64,000 nucleotides of DNA from Planctomycetota bacterium (GTDB lineage Bacteria > Planctomycetota > UBA1135 > UBA2386): assembly GCA_965223545.1 (NCBI GenBank), contig OZ245006.1, positions 7,040,001 through 7,104,000 of the forward strand. Reading direction: 5' to 3'. The notes under the pieces were generated by a model. It did not search any database. It saw nothing but the letters and a program-made list of their open reading frames with translations, and was not told the origin of the DNA. Position 1 is the stretch's first letter. Every line of letters begins with the position of its first letter. Shown piece by piece: positions 45,020-56,067 of this stretch. A program made the position numbers and the translations under genes.

Positions 45020-47916
45020 CGCGGGTCGTTCTCCAGGAACATGTCTCTCAGGTTGCGGCCCTCGAGGCCGAACTTCTCCAGCTGGGCGAACTCGTCGAAC
45101 GAGCGCGCCTTGTTGAACAGCGTCACGGCGTACTGCTGGTACTTGCTGTCCTTCTTCGCCGCCTCGCGCGCGAAGTGCAGCAGCTCGAAGTGGAACCGGT
45201 ACCAGTCGAGCGAGTGGTCTTCGAACGCCTTGGTCGAGTCCAGGGCGTAGGTCTTGTACTCGCCCCAGTACTTCTCGTAGGCCTCCACCGGCTTCTCGAG
45301 GCCCAAGAAGGACACGATGCGGCCGGTGCGCTCATCGACCTCTTGCCAGCCGCCGAGAGCCAGCGCGACCAGGCGCTTGAGCGGGTAGTCGTTGGGCCGG
45401 GCCGCCTCGGCCGCGGTCAGCATCTCGTGGGCCTCGCGGTACTTGTGCTGGCGCAGGACGGCGTCGCCGATCACCGGCCGGATCTGCCGGTCGAGGTTGG
45501 TGGCGAGCTCGGCGTCCTCGCCGAAGCGCTCCAGCGTGTCGTTGCCGAGCTTCTCGACCAGCGGCCAGTCGCGCAGATCCTGGGCGTGCTTGATGGTGTG
45601 GTAGGCGATCGTGTACTGCGGGTCGCCGGAGTCCCGCAAGTACGCCTGGCCGATGGCCACCGTCTTGCGCCGCAGGGTGTCGAGGGCCTCGCGGGCCGCC
45701 TCGGCGTCCTCGCCACGGGTCTCGATGGCGGCGACCTCGGTCTCCTGGGCGCCGACCTTGTCGTGGTAGGCGCCGAAGATCGCGCTGGCCAGAATCGGCA
45801 CCGTGGTGTCGCGCGGCGCCAGCTCGATCAGCTGGCGCTGCTTCTCTTCGGCCTTGTCGAGGTTGCCGAGTGCGATGTAGCAACGCCCCTGGTAGTAGAT
45901 CGCGCGCGGCACCATCGCCGGCACCGCCTCGCCGTGGGACGCCTCGAACTCACCCAGAGCGCGGATCGCCTCGGGGATCTTGGTGGCGTCGGCCTCGCGG
46001 TTGTCGCCGCCGGTGCCCTCCTCGTAGAGCATCGCTCCCTCGGCGAAGGCGATCTCGCCCTCGGCGATGCGCCGCACCTGCTCCGCCGCGTTGTCGTCGT
46101 CGGGCAGATTGGCGTCCTTGGTCTGGCGATAGGCGCGGTAGTCCGCGATCGCCTTGCGCGCCGCGTCGAAGTCCCCCATCCGGTGGTGGCACATCGCGAT
46201 GCGCGCCTGCGCCCACTCGTAGTAGAGCTCGCCCTTGGGGATCGAGCGCAGCTGGCGCAGCGCCCCCTCGTAGTTGCGCTTGCCGAACTCGCGCAGCGCT
46301 TCGTTCCAGATCCGCTTGGTGGCGTCCTCGGCCGAGCCGAAGCGGACGACCAGTCCGTTGACGTCGTCACCCAGGCTGTTGAAGAACGCGTCGTTCTTGG
46401 CGTTGCTGCGCACCTGGTTGAGGGTCTTCTGGATCATGTCCGCGGCGCGGCTGACGTGGTTCTTGTCCTCGCCGTCGCCAAAGCGCTCGAGTCCTTCCTT
46501 GAGCGCCATGGTGGCCTCCAGCACGCGGCCCTGCAGGGCCATGCTATGGCCGATGACGAAGTGCGCCTCCATGCCGTGCTCGGCGAGCTCGGCGTCGGTC
46601 ATCATCGACAGCGCGTGGTGGATGCCGGTGATCGCGCGCTCGTAGTTCTTGGCGATGTAGTCGCCCTTGGCGACCTCGAGCAGCAGGCCGCCGCTGACGC
46701 GCTGCGACTGCGCTTCGAGAATGTCCTTCAACGCCGATTTGGCGCGCAGGCCGACGAAGTCATTGCCGTGCCAATCGTTGATCGCCTGCACGATGGTCAA
46801 CGCGCGGTTGAGCTCTTCGTCGCTGCCGCCGTCGGCGAGCGCCTGGGCGTAGGCGAGGTACATGCCGTGACCGAAGCGCTCGTCCTCTTTGCCCTCGTCC
46901 TCGACCGGCTGCTCGAGATTGGTGAGCGGGACGCCGTAGCCGCCGAGGCGGTTGCGGTAGTCGTCGACCAGCGTCATCACCTCGGCGCGCTTGCCCTGCT
47001 GGAGCAGCACCAGCGCAGCGCGCTCGTAGGCTTCTTCCATGGTGACGACCATGAGCTCGCGGACGTCCGAGGACAGCTGCAGGGACTCGTCGGTGAGCAC
47101 GGTGTCGGCGGACTGGATCACGCCCTGGTAATTGGCGACGGCGTCGTCGAGCTCGCCGACCACCTCGTCGTTCTGCGCGTATTCGAACAGGGCGCGCTGG
47201 CCGAGGGCGGTCTCTTCACCGACCTCGAAGATCAGCTCCTCCAGCTCCGAGCGCGAGCGCTCGGCGAGATAGCTGCGGTCCTTGGCCACCGCGCGGGCGT
47301 GCTCGCGCAGCAGGATGCCCTTGCGCATCCACGCCAGGTGGTAGTCGGTCCACAGCCGCGGGTTGTCGTCCTTGCGCGACTCGAGCGCCTGCTTCACCGC
47401 GTCGCACGCGTCCTCACCGGCGCGGAAAACGGCGGCGGCATCTTCCTCGAGCTCCGGCACCTTCGCCGGCTCGTCGGCGCGGGCCAGCTCGAGCTCCTCG
47501 GCGAGAAACCGGCCGAACTCGAGCGACGCGTTGGCGAGCGTCATGCGCGCCGCATCGGCGGCTTGGCCGTCCGAGTAGCGGCTCAGGAAGTCGCGGACCT
47601 TGTCGAGCGCCTCTTTGTAGAGCGTGCGGCGCTCGGCCCGGTTGCCCTCCAGCTGGGCGCCGATCAGCGAGATCTCGATGCCGAGCTGCGCGACGCTCTG
47701 GAAGTCCTCGCCGTCCTTGTAGCGCAGCTTCAGCCGGTCGACCTCCGACTGCGCCAACGAGATGAAGCGCAGCTTGGTCGCCAGATCGCGGACGAACGTC
47801 AGATCGCGTTCGAGGCGGCTCTGTTGGGCGACGAGGGGCACCGAAACGGTGCCCGCCGCGAGGATTGCGAGGGCCGCGGGGTACGCGCTGCGCCGGAGGA
47901 AAAAGCGTGCCGTCAT
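45016..47916 (-). CDS. Large exported TPR/alpha-solenoid protein
   Basis: Signal peptide from MTARFFLRR, all-helical repeats; ATGA coupling to the next gene. Confidence 0.8.
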   Translation of the reverse strand: MTARFFLRRSAYPAALAILAAGTVSVPLVAQQSRLERDLTFVRDLATKLRFISLAQSEVDRLKLRYKDGEDFQSVAQLGIEISLIGAQLEGNRAERRTLYKEALDKVRDFLSRYSDGQAADAARMTLANASLEFGRFLAEELELARADEPAKVPELEEDAAAVFRAGEDACDAVKQALESRKDDNPRLWTDYHLAWMRKGILLREHARAVAKDRSYLAERSRSELEELIFEVGEETALGQRALFEYAQNDEVVGELDDAVANYQGVIQSADTVLTDESLQLSSDVRELMVVTMEEAYERAALVLLQQGKRAEVMTLVDDYRNRLGGYGVPLTNLEQPVEDEGKEDERFGHGMYLAYAQALADGGSDEELNRALTIVQAINDWHGNDFVGLRAKSALKDILEAQSQRVSGGLLLEVAKGDYIAKNYERAITGIHHALSMMTDAELAEHGMEAHFVIGHSMALQGRVLEATMALKEGLERFGDGEDKNHVSRAADMIQKTLNQVRSNAKNDAFFNSLGDDVNGLVVRFGSAEDATKRIWNEALREFGKRNYEGALRQLRSIPKGELYYEWAQARIAMCHHRMGDFDAARKAIADYRAYRQTKDANLPDDDNAAEQVRRIAEGEIAFAEGAMLYEEGTGGDNREADATKIPEAIRALGEFEASHGEAVPAMVPRAIYYQGRCYIALGNLDKAEEKQRQLIELAPRDTTVPILASAIFGAYHDKVGAQETEVAAIETRGEDAEAAREALDTLRRKTVAIGQAYLRDSGDPQYTIAYHTIKHAQDLRDWPLVEKLGNDTLERFGEDAELATNLDRQIRPVIGDAVLRQHKYREAHEMLTAAEAARPNDYPLKRLVALALGGWQEVDERTGRIVSFLGLEKPVEAYEKYWGEYKTYALDSTKAFEDHSLDWYRFHFELLHFAREAAKKDSKYQQYAVTLFNKARSFDEFAQLEKFGLEGRNLRDMFLENDPR

Positions 47917-48261
47917 TGTCTTCAGTGGGATGTCCTGGGCCGTGCCACCCGTGGTCGCTAGAGCCGGTGTGATCGCCGGTTCGGCTGCCGGGATGAGGTC
48001 GTGGCCGGGGTTTGAAACTGAAATGGCGAGCAAACCTCGGAGAGGGCGGCCGAGGTTCTTTGGGGAGGAGGAACGGGGAGTATAGCGAGGGGTTCAGCGG
48101 CTGCACGCATCGCCTTGACGCGGCGGTGCGCGGCTGGCGAACGGCCCGGACCGGCCAAGACGCTCGGTGCCGCAGGGCCGCGGCGCCCGGGCGGCGCTCA
48201 CCGCCGCGGGGGGCGGGGGGGGACGGCGCGCGCCTCGGGGCGTGGGCGCGCCGCCGGCGGC

Positions 48262-50901
48262 TCAGCCGTTGCCCTCACCCATGAGGGTGAGGGTGAGATC
48301 GTCGGGACCGATCTCCGGCAGGTTCTCGTCCGGCATCACCACCTTGGCCCGGATCAGGATGACGATCTTCTTGTTCTGCACGAACGTGCCCTTGCGGCTG
48401 AAGAAGAACGACAGGCCGGGCAGATTGCCGAGCAACGGCACGCGCGACTCTTGGTACTGCTTTTGGGCGAGCTTCATTCCGCCCAGCATCAGCGTGCCGC
48501 CGTCGGGCATCGTCACCGTGGTGCGCACGCGCTGCAGAGTGACGCTGGGCAGCTGGATCGACACCGGCTGACCGACGCCGAGAGTGGTGGTGAACGTCGG
48601 GATCGGCAGATCCAGGGTCATCACGGTCGGGCGCAGCTCCATGGTGATGAAGCGACGGTCGGCGGAGACCACAGGCCGCACGTCCAGCACCACGCCGTCG
48701 CGCACGACGTCGACGACCGGGTTGGCCACCGCCGCCGCCTGCGCGATCTCGACGTCGAAGTCGCGGATGTACGACGTGTGCCGCAGCACCGACATGCTGG
48801 CGCGCGTGTTGTTGTAGATCACCAGGCGCGGCGCCGTGATCAGCTGGCTGCGCTCCTGCTTGTCGACCGCGCGGAGCACGATCTCCAGCTCGGCGTCGCC
48901 GAGGAACGCGTACTGCAGCGCCAAACCGCCGCTGCCTTCCAGCGTGCCGTCGCCGCCCAGGGCGCGGTCGAACAGGTTCTCCGACCGGGCCATGATGTCG
49001 CCATCACCGCCGTCGTCGTAGAAGAAGCCGGGCTCGGTGCCGGTGCCGATCGACCCCGGCGTCGCCGGGTTGATGACGCTGCGCTGGCCGAAGTCGTCGA
49101 AGCCGGCGTTCTGCCGGTTGTTCCGCTCCAAGCCGCGGCCGGGCACGCCGCTCGCCGCTTGGTTGCCCAGGCCGCGGATGTCGACGCCGATGTCCTCGAG
49201 GAACTGGTCCTCGACCTGCAGGAAGCGCGACTCGACGTCCACCTGGATGCCGACCGCTTGGCGGAGGTCGGCCAGGAGGCTCTCGATCTGCTCGTGGACC
49301 AGGCGGTTGTGCCGCACCAGCAGTACGCCGCGCTGCGGGTTGATGCTGGTGCCGTTCACGTCCCAGGAGTCGGGCTCGATGTTCACCTGGATGATGTCCA
49401 TCAGCTTGTCGGCGTCCACGACGGTGGGGGCCGGCTCCTCGTCCTCCTCGAGGGCGAACTCGTCCTCGTCACCGGGCGCACGCAGCTTCAGCTCGACGCC
49501 CGGGCGGTCGGGAACGCCCTGCACGATGTCGCGCACGTCGTACTGGACCAGGTAGATGCGGCCGCCCGCGTTCTCCTCGGTGACCAGCTGGACGATGCCG
49601 TTCTCGACCTTCCACTTGACGTTGGTCAAGTTGCCGATGACGTCCAGTGCCTGCGACACCGAGGTCGGCGGCAGGCTGAAGTCGGTCAGCGTGGTCTGGT
49701 CGGGATCCATCTCCTTGACCGGCGTGGTGACCAGGAACGTGACGTCGGTCACGCGGGAGTAGTAGTCGGCCCAATCCTGCACCGCGGCGCTGGAGAAGTT
49801 GTGCTCGACCTTGGTCGACTCGAGCTTGGCGTAGATCGCCTTCTCTTCCGGGGTCTCGAGATCGCCGTCCGGCGTGAACTGCAGCGGTTCGCGCGACTGG
49901 ATCTTCGCCCAGTGCTCCACGTCGTACTGGACGACGTCGAGCTGCGGCAGGTCGAGCGAGTTCAGGTCGTCGAACGTCTTCGCCCACTCGCCGTTCCAAT
50001 CGTTGCGCAGCACGTCGAGGCGGTTCTCGTGGCGCGCCCGCTCGGCGAGGTCGCGCAAGGCCAGCGCGTTGCCGTTGTTGGGCTCCTGCGTCAGCGCCTC
50101 GTCCAGAGTCGTCACCGCGCTCTCGTAGTTGCCGTTCTGGAAGTCGAAGTTGGCCTGCTCGAGCAGTCGCTTGACGCGCTCGCCGCGCCGGATGCGTGCC
50201 GCGCGCTCGGCCCGCGCCAGCTCGGCGCGCGACGCCGCTTCGGCCTCGGCGGTCTCGGCTTCGTCGGCCTGCATCTTGGCCTGCCGCGCGTCGTCGAGCT
50301 TCTGCGCCAGCGTGCGCTCGGTCTGCGAACCGGGCATCGCGTAGGGCGACGATTGCAGCAACAACAAGCCGCGTTCGTAGGCGTCGATGGCGTCGCCGTA
50401 GCGTCCCTCGGCGTAGTGGGCGTCGCCGACGGACAGCGCGGTGCGCACGTCGAAGTCGAGCTTTTGACGGGCGGCCTCGGACTCGCGCACCATCTCGACG
50501 AACTGGCGCTCGACATTGGCGCCGGTGTTGCCGAGGGCTGCTTGCGCGTCGTTCAAGATGCTGCGCGCCGCCTGATTGGTCGGGTCGATCTCGAGGACCT
50601 CGGCCGCGATCTGGGCGGCGTCCTGGAACAAGCGCAGCTCCAGCGATCGGCGCGCCTCGTTGATCGAGTTGGTGATCAAGAACTGTCGCCGCTGAGCGGC
50701 GGGGTCCTGGGCCGGGTCTTGGCTGGGCGCGGCGGCAGCGGGGGTCTCGGCCGCGGCAGCGGCCGTCGGCGCGCTCTCGGCCGGCTCCGCCGCGGCGGGC
50801 GCCGAGGAGTCGTCCGCGGGCGCGCCGGTGCTGCAGGCTGCGACCCACGCGAGCGCGACCACACCCAGGCTGCGCAGAAGGAACGTCGGGACCATCTTCA
50901 T
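48262..50901 (-). CDS. Secretin-family lipoprotein with TPR-like N-region (secretin A)
   Basis: VAAC lipobox; YDVRDI; QVDVESRFL, APRL..YNN, GVVLDVRPVVS, MPDGGTLMLGG, VPLLGNLPGLSFFF. Confidence 0.88.
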   Translation of the reverse strand: MKMVPTFLLRSLGVVALAWVAACSTGAPADDSSAPAAAEPAESAPTAAAAAETPAAAAPSQDPAQDPAAQRRQFLITNSINEARRSLELRLFQDAAQIAAEVLEIDPTNQAARSILNDAQAALGNTGANVERQFVEMVRESEAARQKLDFDVRTALSVGDAHYAEGRYGDAIDAYERGLLLLQSSPYAMPGSQTERTLAQKLDDARQAKMQADEAETAEAEAASRAELARAERAARIRRGERVKRLLEQANFDFQNGNYESAVTTLDEALTQEPNNGNALALRDLAERARHENRLDVLRNDWNGEWAKTFDDLNSLDLPQLDVVQYDVEHWAKIQSREPLQFTPDGDLETPEEKAIYAKLESTKVEHNFSSAAVQDWADYYSRVTDVTFLVTTPVKEMDPDQTTLTDFSLPPTSVSQALDVIGNLTNVKWKVENGIVQLVTEENAGGRIYLVQYDVRDIVQGVPDRPGVELKLRAPGDEDEFALEEDEEPAPTVVDADKLMDIIQVNIEPDSWDVNGTSINPQRGVLLVRHNRLVHEQIESLLADLRQAVGIQVDVESRFLQVEDQFLEDIGVDIRGLGNQAASGVPGRGLERNNRQNAGFDDFGQRSVINPATPGSIGTGTEPGFFYDDGGDGDIMARSENLFDRALGGDGTLEGSGGLALQYAFLGDAELEIVLRAVDKQERSQLITAPRLVIYNNTRASMSVLRHTSYIRDFDVEIAQAAAVANPVVDVVRDGVVLDVRPVVSADRRFITMELRPTVMTLDLPIPTFTTTLGVGQPVSIQLPSVTLQRVRTTVTMPDGGTLMLGGMKLAQKQYQESRVPLLGNLPGLSFFFSRKGTFVQNKKIVILIRAKVVMPDENLPEIGPDDLTLTLMGEGNG

Positions 50902-51151
50902 GAGTCTTTGCGATCCTGATGAGGTGTCAGGAGATGGGGCGAGCGTCGTGGCGGGGCGACCGAAAGGGGGACGTGCTCTTCAGTGCGGGAGGGACGAACC
51001 GCCGACGTGGCGGGCGGACGGTAGCCGTCGTCCCGGCGAGGGTCAAGCGCGGAGGAGCATTGCTCTGAAGCCCGCCTGCTTCGGGCTAACGACGCCGGGG
51101 CAGGGAGGTTTCGACGACGGTCGCCGGCGGACGGCGACCGCGCGCGCGGGT

Positions 51152-51988
51152 TCAACGGCCGGGAACTTCCGGTGCGCCGAGCAGGCGGTTGACCCGCTTG
51201 ATGTCTTCCCACGTGTCGGCCTTCGCCGATGGTTGGCGCAGCAGATAGGCGGGGTGCCAGGTCGCCACCACCGGGATGCCCTCGTAGCGCAGGTCTTGGC
51301 CGCGGAGGCGCCGCATCGGTGCGGTGCTCGCCAGCAAGTTGTGGGCGGCGATTCGCCCGAGCGTGACGATCACCTCGGGCTGCAGAATGCGGACCTGTGC
51401 GCGCAGATTGGGCAGGCAGGCCGCCACCTCGTCCGGCTGCGGGTCGCGGTTGTCGGGCGGCCGGCACTTGTTGACGTTGGCGATGTACACGTCGGCGCGG
51501 CGCAGCCCCATCGCGTTCTCGATGATGCGATCGAGCAACTGGCCGGCCTTGCCCACGAAGGGCCGCCCCTTGCGGTCCTCGTGGAAGCCGGGTGCTTCGC
51601 CGATGAACATCACCCTGGGGCGTGGGTTGCCCTCGCCGAACACCACCTGGGTGCGGCCCTGCGCCAGCTTGCACGCGCCGCAGTCGGCGAGCTCGGCCGC
51701 CAGGCGTTCGAGCGCCACCTCGGGCTCGGTGGTCTCGGGAGCGGTCTCGGGAGCAGGCGTTTCGGGTGTGCGCGTCTCGGCCGTGGTCCCGCCCGCGGCC
51801 CGCCCCGACGGTGCGTCGGAAGTGGGGCCGGGCAGAGGAGATGCGACCGAGCCGGTGGAGGCGGCGGGCGCCGGTTTCGCGAGCGCGCGGTCGACGCCGA
51901 CCGGCAGATCGGCGCCGTACGCCTCGATGGCCTGGTCGAGCCAGAACCGCGCCGCCCTGCCGCAGTGGCGCCCGTTTAGAAGGCCCAT
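51152..51988 (-). CDS. Uracil-DNA glycosylase, family 4 (Fe-S)
   Basis: [34 protein letters not shown]; start uncertain. Confidence 0.93.
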   Translation of the reverse strand: MGLLNGRHCGRAARFWLDQAIEAYGADLPVGVDRALAKPAPAASTGSVASPLPGPTSDAPSGRAAGGTTAETRTPETPAPETAPETTEPEVALERLAAELADCGACKLAQGRTQVVFGEGNPRPRVMFIGEAPGFHEDRKGRPFVGKAGQLLDRIIENAMGLRRADVYIANVNKCRPPDNRDPQPDEVAACLPNLRAQVRILQPEVIVTLGRIAAHNLLASTAPMRRLRGQDLRYEGIPVVATWHPAYLLRQPSAKADTWEDIKRVNRLLGAPEVPGR

Positions 51989-53028
51989 CCTGCGGTCAAC
52001 AGCCAGCGGTTGTCGATCCGGTCGCGGCCGGGGGCCGGCGTGTTGTCGTAGTCCATGACCCACTGCAGCTGGGCGAACATCGCCTCGGTCAAGGAGGTGC
52101 GCAGGCGCGAGTCCTTGATCAGGAAGATGTCGTCGGAGTGCTCGAGGCTGGGAAACGCCTGCACGTCCTGCAGGAAGATCGTGGTCTCGGTGATCGCCCA
52201 GCGCAGGCTGTACGCCACCCGCGCCGCCAGCGTGTCGGTGTCCGGCGTCGTGTCCCGGTAGGACTCCGAGATGTAGCTCACGCCGGCCTCGCCCGACAGC
52301 GCGAACTCCTCGGTGTCGTAAAACTGGTAGCCGAGGCCGGAGCCGACGGTGTAGCGCAGGTCGATGTTGGCGAGGGTGTCGCCGAGCGCGGTGGTGTTGG
52401 CGTAGACGTACAACCGCTCCGAAATGAAGTAGTCGTATTGCAGTTCGCCGTAAGTGCGCCGCTGACTCAGGTTCCAGGTGCGGGTCGCGTCTCTCTCTTC
52501 GGAGTAGTCCCACGTGGCCTTCAGGCTCATGCGGTCGAGGTCGGTGCGACGCTCGGCGTCGAACGCGGCGAACGCGCTGCGCCGGTTCGTGTTGCCCTCG
52601 GTGAGCGCCAGCCCGAGGTTCAGGGATCCGGTCCACCGTACTGGATCTTCGGGTGGGTTGATCGCATCGAGGTCGTCGATGGTGATCGACAGCCCGCTGG
52701 GACCGGCGGCCGGGTCGGCGAGCACCAGCTGACCATCATCGATGCCCGTCACGGTGCGCTCGTAGGTTTCACCCGCGGTCGTCCGCAGGCGCAGCGGCCG
52801 CGCGCTGACCAGATTCGCGATGTCGGCCAGCTTGATCTCGACGGTGCCCAAGGGACCGGTTTCGACGGTGACGACCCCCTCGGCCATGGTTTGGATCGTG
52901 CCGGTAATGCGGTCGCCATTGGTCAGCACGATCTCGTCCGGACTCGCAGCCTGCGCGGCCAACGGCGGTGAGACGAGGGAGAGAGCGGCCAGCAACGCCG
53001 CTGACAGGGGGATCTTGCGATCGATCAT
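51976..53028 (-). CDS. DUF481/YdiY-like outer-membrane beta-barrel
   Basis: Signal peptide, [30 protein letters not shown], terminal AGWAF. Confidence 0.85.
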   Translation of the reverse strand: MIDRKIPLSAALLAALSLVSPPLAAQAASPDEIVLTNGDRITGTIQTMAEGVVTVETGPLGTVEIKLADIANLVSARPLRLRTTAGETYERTVTGIDDGQLVLADPAAGPSGLSITIDDLDAINPPEDPVRWTGSLNLGLALTEGNTNRRSAFAAFDAERRTDLDRMSLKATWDYSEERDATRTWNLSQRRTYGELQYDYFISERLYVYANTTALGDTLANIDLRYTVGSGLGYQFYDTEEFALSGEAGVSYISESYRDTTPDTDTLAARVAYSLRWAITETTIFLQDVQAFPSLEHSDDIFLIKDSRLRTSLTEAMFAQLQWVMDYDNTPAPGRDRIDNRWLLTAGWAF

Positions 53029-53162
53029 GAATGGTATGAGGACAGGCGGGAGCCACCCAGGTCTTAGCGAGCCCCACGCCGGGGGGCGAGCGAAACTCGC
53101 CGGGCAGCGCGCGCGGAGCGGCGCAACTCGTGCGGCCCGGCGCGGTATATTCCGCCGCCCTC

Positions 53163-55910
53163 ATGGACTCCCGACCGCAGCTCGCCGGGGTGCCCGCCTT
53201 GCTCGCCCTGTTCGCTCTGGTCGCCTGTGTGTACGGGGGGCGCGCGTGGCAGGCAGAGTTCGCCAATTTCGACGACAACCTCTTCTTCGGCGCCGAAGCG
53301 CAGGCGTTTCGGGCGGCCGACCGCGGCGACGCGGGCGCCCTGCTCGATCCCGGCCGACCGATCGCCAACGCATTCCTTCCCGTCAGCCACGTGTCGCTCT
53401 ACCTCGACCACTGGCTGGGGCGCGGCACCGGCCACACCAGCCGGTGGGCGCATTTGCACTCCGTGCTGTTGCACGGGCTGGCGGTCTTCGCCTTGGCGCG
53501 GCTGCTCGGTCGGCTGGGGGCCCGCCGCCGGGTCGCGGTCGCGGCGGCCGCCGTGTTTGCCGTCCACCCGGCGCTGGCGGAGTCCGTCGCCTGGGTGGCC
53601 AGCCGCAAGGACGTGCTGTCGGGGCTGTTCTCCTTCCTGTGTCTGAGCGCGGTCGCCGAGGCGGCGGCCGTGGGGCGTTCGCGGGCGGTGTTGGCGGCGG
53701 TGCTGTTCGCCGTCCTCGCCCTGTACTCGAAGGGCACTGCCGTCGTGTTGGGCTTGTTGGCCCCGGTGGTCTTCGCGCTGTGCCGGCGCACCCGGGGTGC
53801 CGCCGGCATCGCTGCCGTGGGGGGAGTGCTGCTGGCCGTCTTGCTCGTCGGGTGGCAGCACGCCGGGATCGCGGCCGCGCAGGGCACGATGGTGGCGGGC
53901 GGCGGGCGGCTGGCGCAGGCGCCCGGGGCGCTTTGGCACTACGCGGCGACGCTGTTCTGGCCGACGGGGCTCAACGTCCTCTATCCCGAAGTGGACACGT
54001 TGGCGCGATTTGCCGCGCAATGGTGGCGGGGTGCGCTGGTGGCCCTGGCCGGCGGCGCGTTGGCCGTTTGGCTGTGGCGCCGCGGCGATCGGTTGGCGGT
54101 GGCCGGCCTGGTCATGGCGGCGGCGGCCTGGCTGCCGTTCAACACGGTCTGGCCGGCGTCGTCGATCGCGGCGGCGGATCGCTACCTCTACCTCGTCACT
54201 CCGTGGGTCGCGTTGGCCATCATCGCGGCGCTGCGGCGGTGGGGACCCGTGGTCGCGCTGCCAGTGGTCGCCGGGCTGGCGGCGATGGCGTTCGCGCGGG
54301 CCGGCGACTTCCGCGACAGCGAGGCCCTGTGGACCGCCAGCCTGCGGGTCGACCCCGGCAACGCCGTGGCGCGGATCAACCTGGCCGTCGACACCCTGCC
54401 GCGCGATGCCGCCGCGGCGCGCACGCTGGTCGAGGAGGCGCTGGGGGACGCGCGCTATCCACAGCACCGGCTGCGCGCGCACGCGTTCCTCCGCGACTTG
54501 GCGTGGAGTGCCGGCCGCGGCGAGGAGGCCGGCCGGCACGCGCGTGGAGTGATCGACGCCGCCGCGGCCCTGCCCCCCTCTCCGGCGGCGGCAGCCGCGA
54601 TGCTGCAAGCGCAGCTCACCGCCGCGACCATCCTGCGCAGCAGTGGCGATCTCGATGGCGCGCGCGCAGCGCTGGCCGCCGCGCAGGGTCTGGCACCCGA
54701 CGACCCCGGAGTGCTGGCCTACGCGGCCGACGCCCTGCGCGTCGACCACATGGCGGCCGACGGCAGTGTCGATGCGGACAGCGAGGCCTCGCGCCAAGCG
54801 CGCGAGTGGCTGGACCGCGCCATGCGCATCGCCGGCGAGCCACCGCCCTACGACGTGCTGCTGGCGCGCGCTCGGTGGCAGCAGGCGCGCGGCGAGCTGA
54901 TGTCGGCGATGGCGCATTTTCGCCGCGCACGGGAGCTGCAGCCCGGACGCGCCGATGCGCATCTCGGCCTGGCGGACTTGTTCTTGGCGACCGAGGACTA
55001 CGCGGCGGCCGAGGAGACCGCGCGCGCCGGCATCGCCGCCGACGTGCGGGACCCCAACTTGCTGTTGCGGTTGGGGCTGGCGATGACCGGCCGCGGCCGA
55101 TTGCAGGATGCGCGGCAGTACTACGAGAGCTACCTGCGCAACCGACCGCGCGACGCGGCGGTGCGGCGCGCGCTGGCCGCGGTGATCGCCGCCGACACCA
55201 CCCGGCAGCTGTACCAGCTGTCACCGGACGAGCTGCAGACCGCCGCCGCGCGCATCGTCGAGCTCGACCCCGACAACCCCAAGGCGTTGCTGCTGCGTGG
55301 ATTGGCCGCTCGCCTGCAACGGCGCTTGCCGGCCGCCATCGTCCACCTCGAGCAGGCGCGCGAGCGGTTGCCCGACAGCGAGGACGCCTGGAAGCTCTTG
55401 GCCGAGTGTCTGCGCGACCGTGGCTACGAGCTGTTGCGCGACGGTGAGCAGCGCGCCGCGTTGGACCACTTCCGCCGCTTCGTCGATCAAGCCGCTCCCG
55501 GCATCGACACCGTCAGCGCGCTGGGCATCCTGCGCACGCACTGGGAGCAGATCGAGAAGCGCGGCGTGGAGGCGTTCTCCGCCGAGGATTTCGCCGCCGC
55601 CGAAGCCGCCTTCCGCCGCTGCCTCGCGCTGGTCCCCAGCGAGACCAGCGCGTGCCTGCAGCTCGGTTTGGCGATCCTGCAGCAGGCCGACGACCGCGCG
55701 GAAGAGGCGTTGGCCCTGTTCGAGCGCGCCGAGCGCGGCCAGGTGCAAGCCCAGCGCGACGCGTCGCTGCCCGTACTCTGGCAGCTGCACGCGCTGATGC
55801 GCCTGGGCCGCGCGGACGAGGCGCGCGCTCGCGGTGAGCGCTACCTCGCCGAGGTGAGGGTGGCGCGGCCATCGGTGCTCGAGCGCATCCGTGCGCTGAT
55901 CGAGGGCTGA
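53163..55910 (+). CDS. TMTC-like GT-C membrane glycosyltransferase with C-terminal TPRs
   Basis: NFDD, LLHGL, FAVHP...ESVAWV..RKDVL, LALYSK, ADRYLYL, LW..SL..DP then TPRs. Confidence 0.82.
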   Translation: MDSRPQLAGVPALLALFALVACVYGGRAWQAEFANFDDNLFFGAEAQAFRAADRGDAGALLDPGRPIANAFLPVSHVSLYLDHWLGRGTGHTSRWAHLHSVLLHGLAVFALARLLGRLGARRRVAVAAAAVFAVHPALAESVAWVASRKDVLSGLFSFLCLSAVAEAAAVGRSRAVLAAVLFAVLALYSKGTAVVLGLLAPVVFALCRRTRGAAGIAAVGGVLLAVLLVGWQHAGIAAAQGTMVAGGGRLAQAPGALWHYAATLFWPTGLNVLYPEVDTLARFAAQWWRGALVALAGGALAVWLWRRGDRLAVAGLVMAAAAWLPFNTVWPASSIAAADRYLYLVTPWVALAIIAALRRWGPVVALPVVAGLAAMAFARAGDFRDSEALWTASLRVDPGNAVARINLAVDTLPRDAAAARTLVEEALGDARYPQHRLRAHAFLRDLAWSAGRGEEAGRHARGVIDAAAALPPSPAAAAAMLQAQLTAATILRSSGDLDGARAALAAAQGLAPDDPGVLAYAADALRVDHMAADGSVDADSEASRQAREWLDRAMRIAGEPPPYDVLLARARWQQARGELMSAMAHFRRARELQPGRADAHLGLADLFLATEDYAAAEETARAGIAADVRDPNLLLRLGLAMTGRGRLQDARQYYESYLRNRPRDAAVRRALAAVIAADTTRQLYQLSPDELQTAAARIVELDPDNPKALLLRGLAARLQRRLPAAIVHLEQARERLPDSEDAWKLLAECLRDRGYELLRDGEQRAALDHFRRFVDQAAPGIDTVSALGILRTHWEQIEKRGVEAFSAEDFAAAEAAFRRCLALVPSETSACLQLGLAILQQADDRAEEALALFERAERGQVQAQRDASLPVLWQLHALMRLGRADEARARGERYLAEVRVARPSVLERIRALIEG

Positions 55911-56067
55911 CCGGGGGAGGCCATGGTGGGCCGGAGCGCGACTTCGTGGTGATGCATGCTCTCGTCGCGCCGGATGCGCTGGTGAGCGCGGTGCGGGTTG
56001 GATCGCAACCACCACGAGTGCACGAAGGACACGAAGACGCGGGCGTCCTGCACGGCAGCGAGTCGGT

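Noticed and set aside
38860..50901. Canonical T2SS/T4P or Tol-Pal locus
   Set aside because: No ATPase, platform, pilins, tolA, tolB or pal recognised
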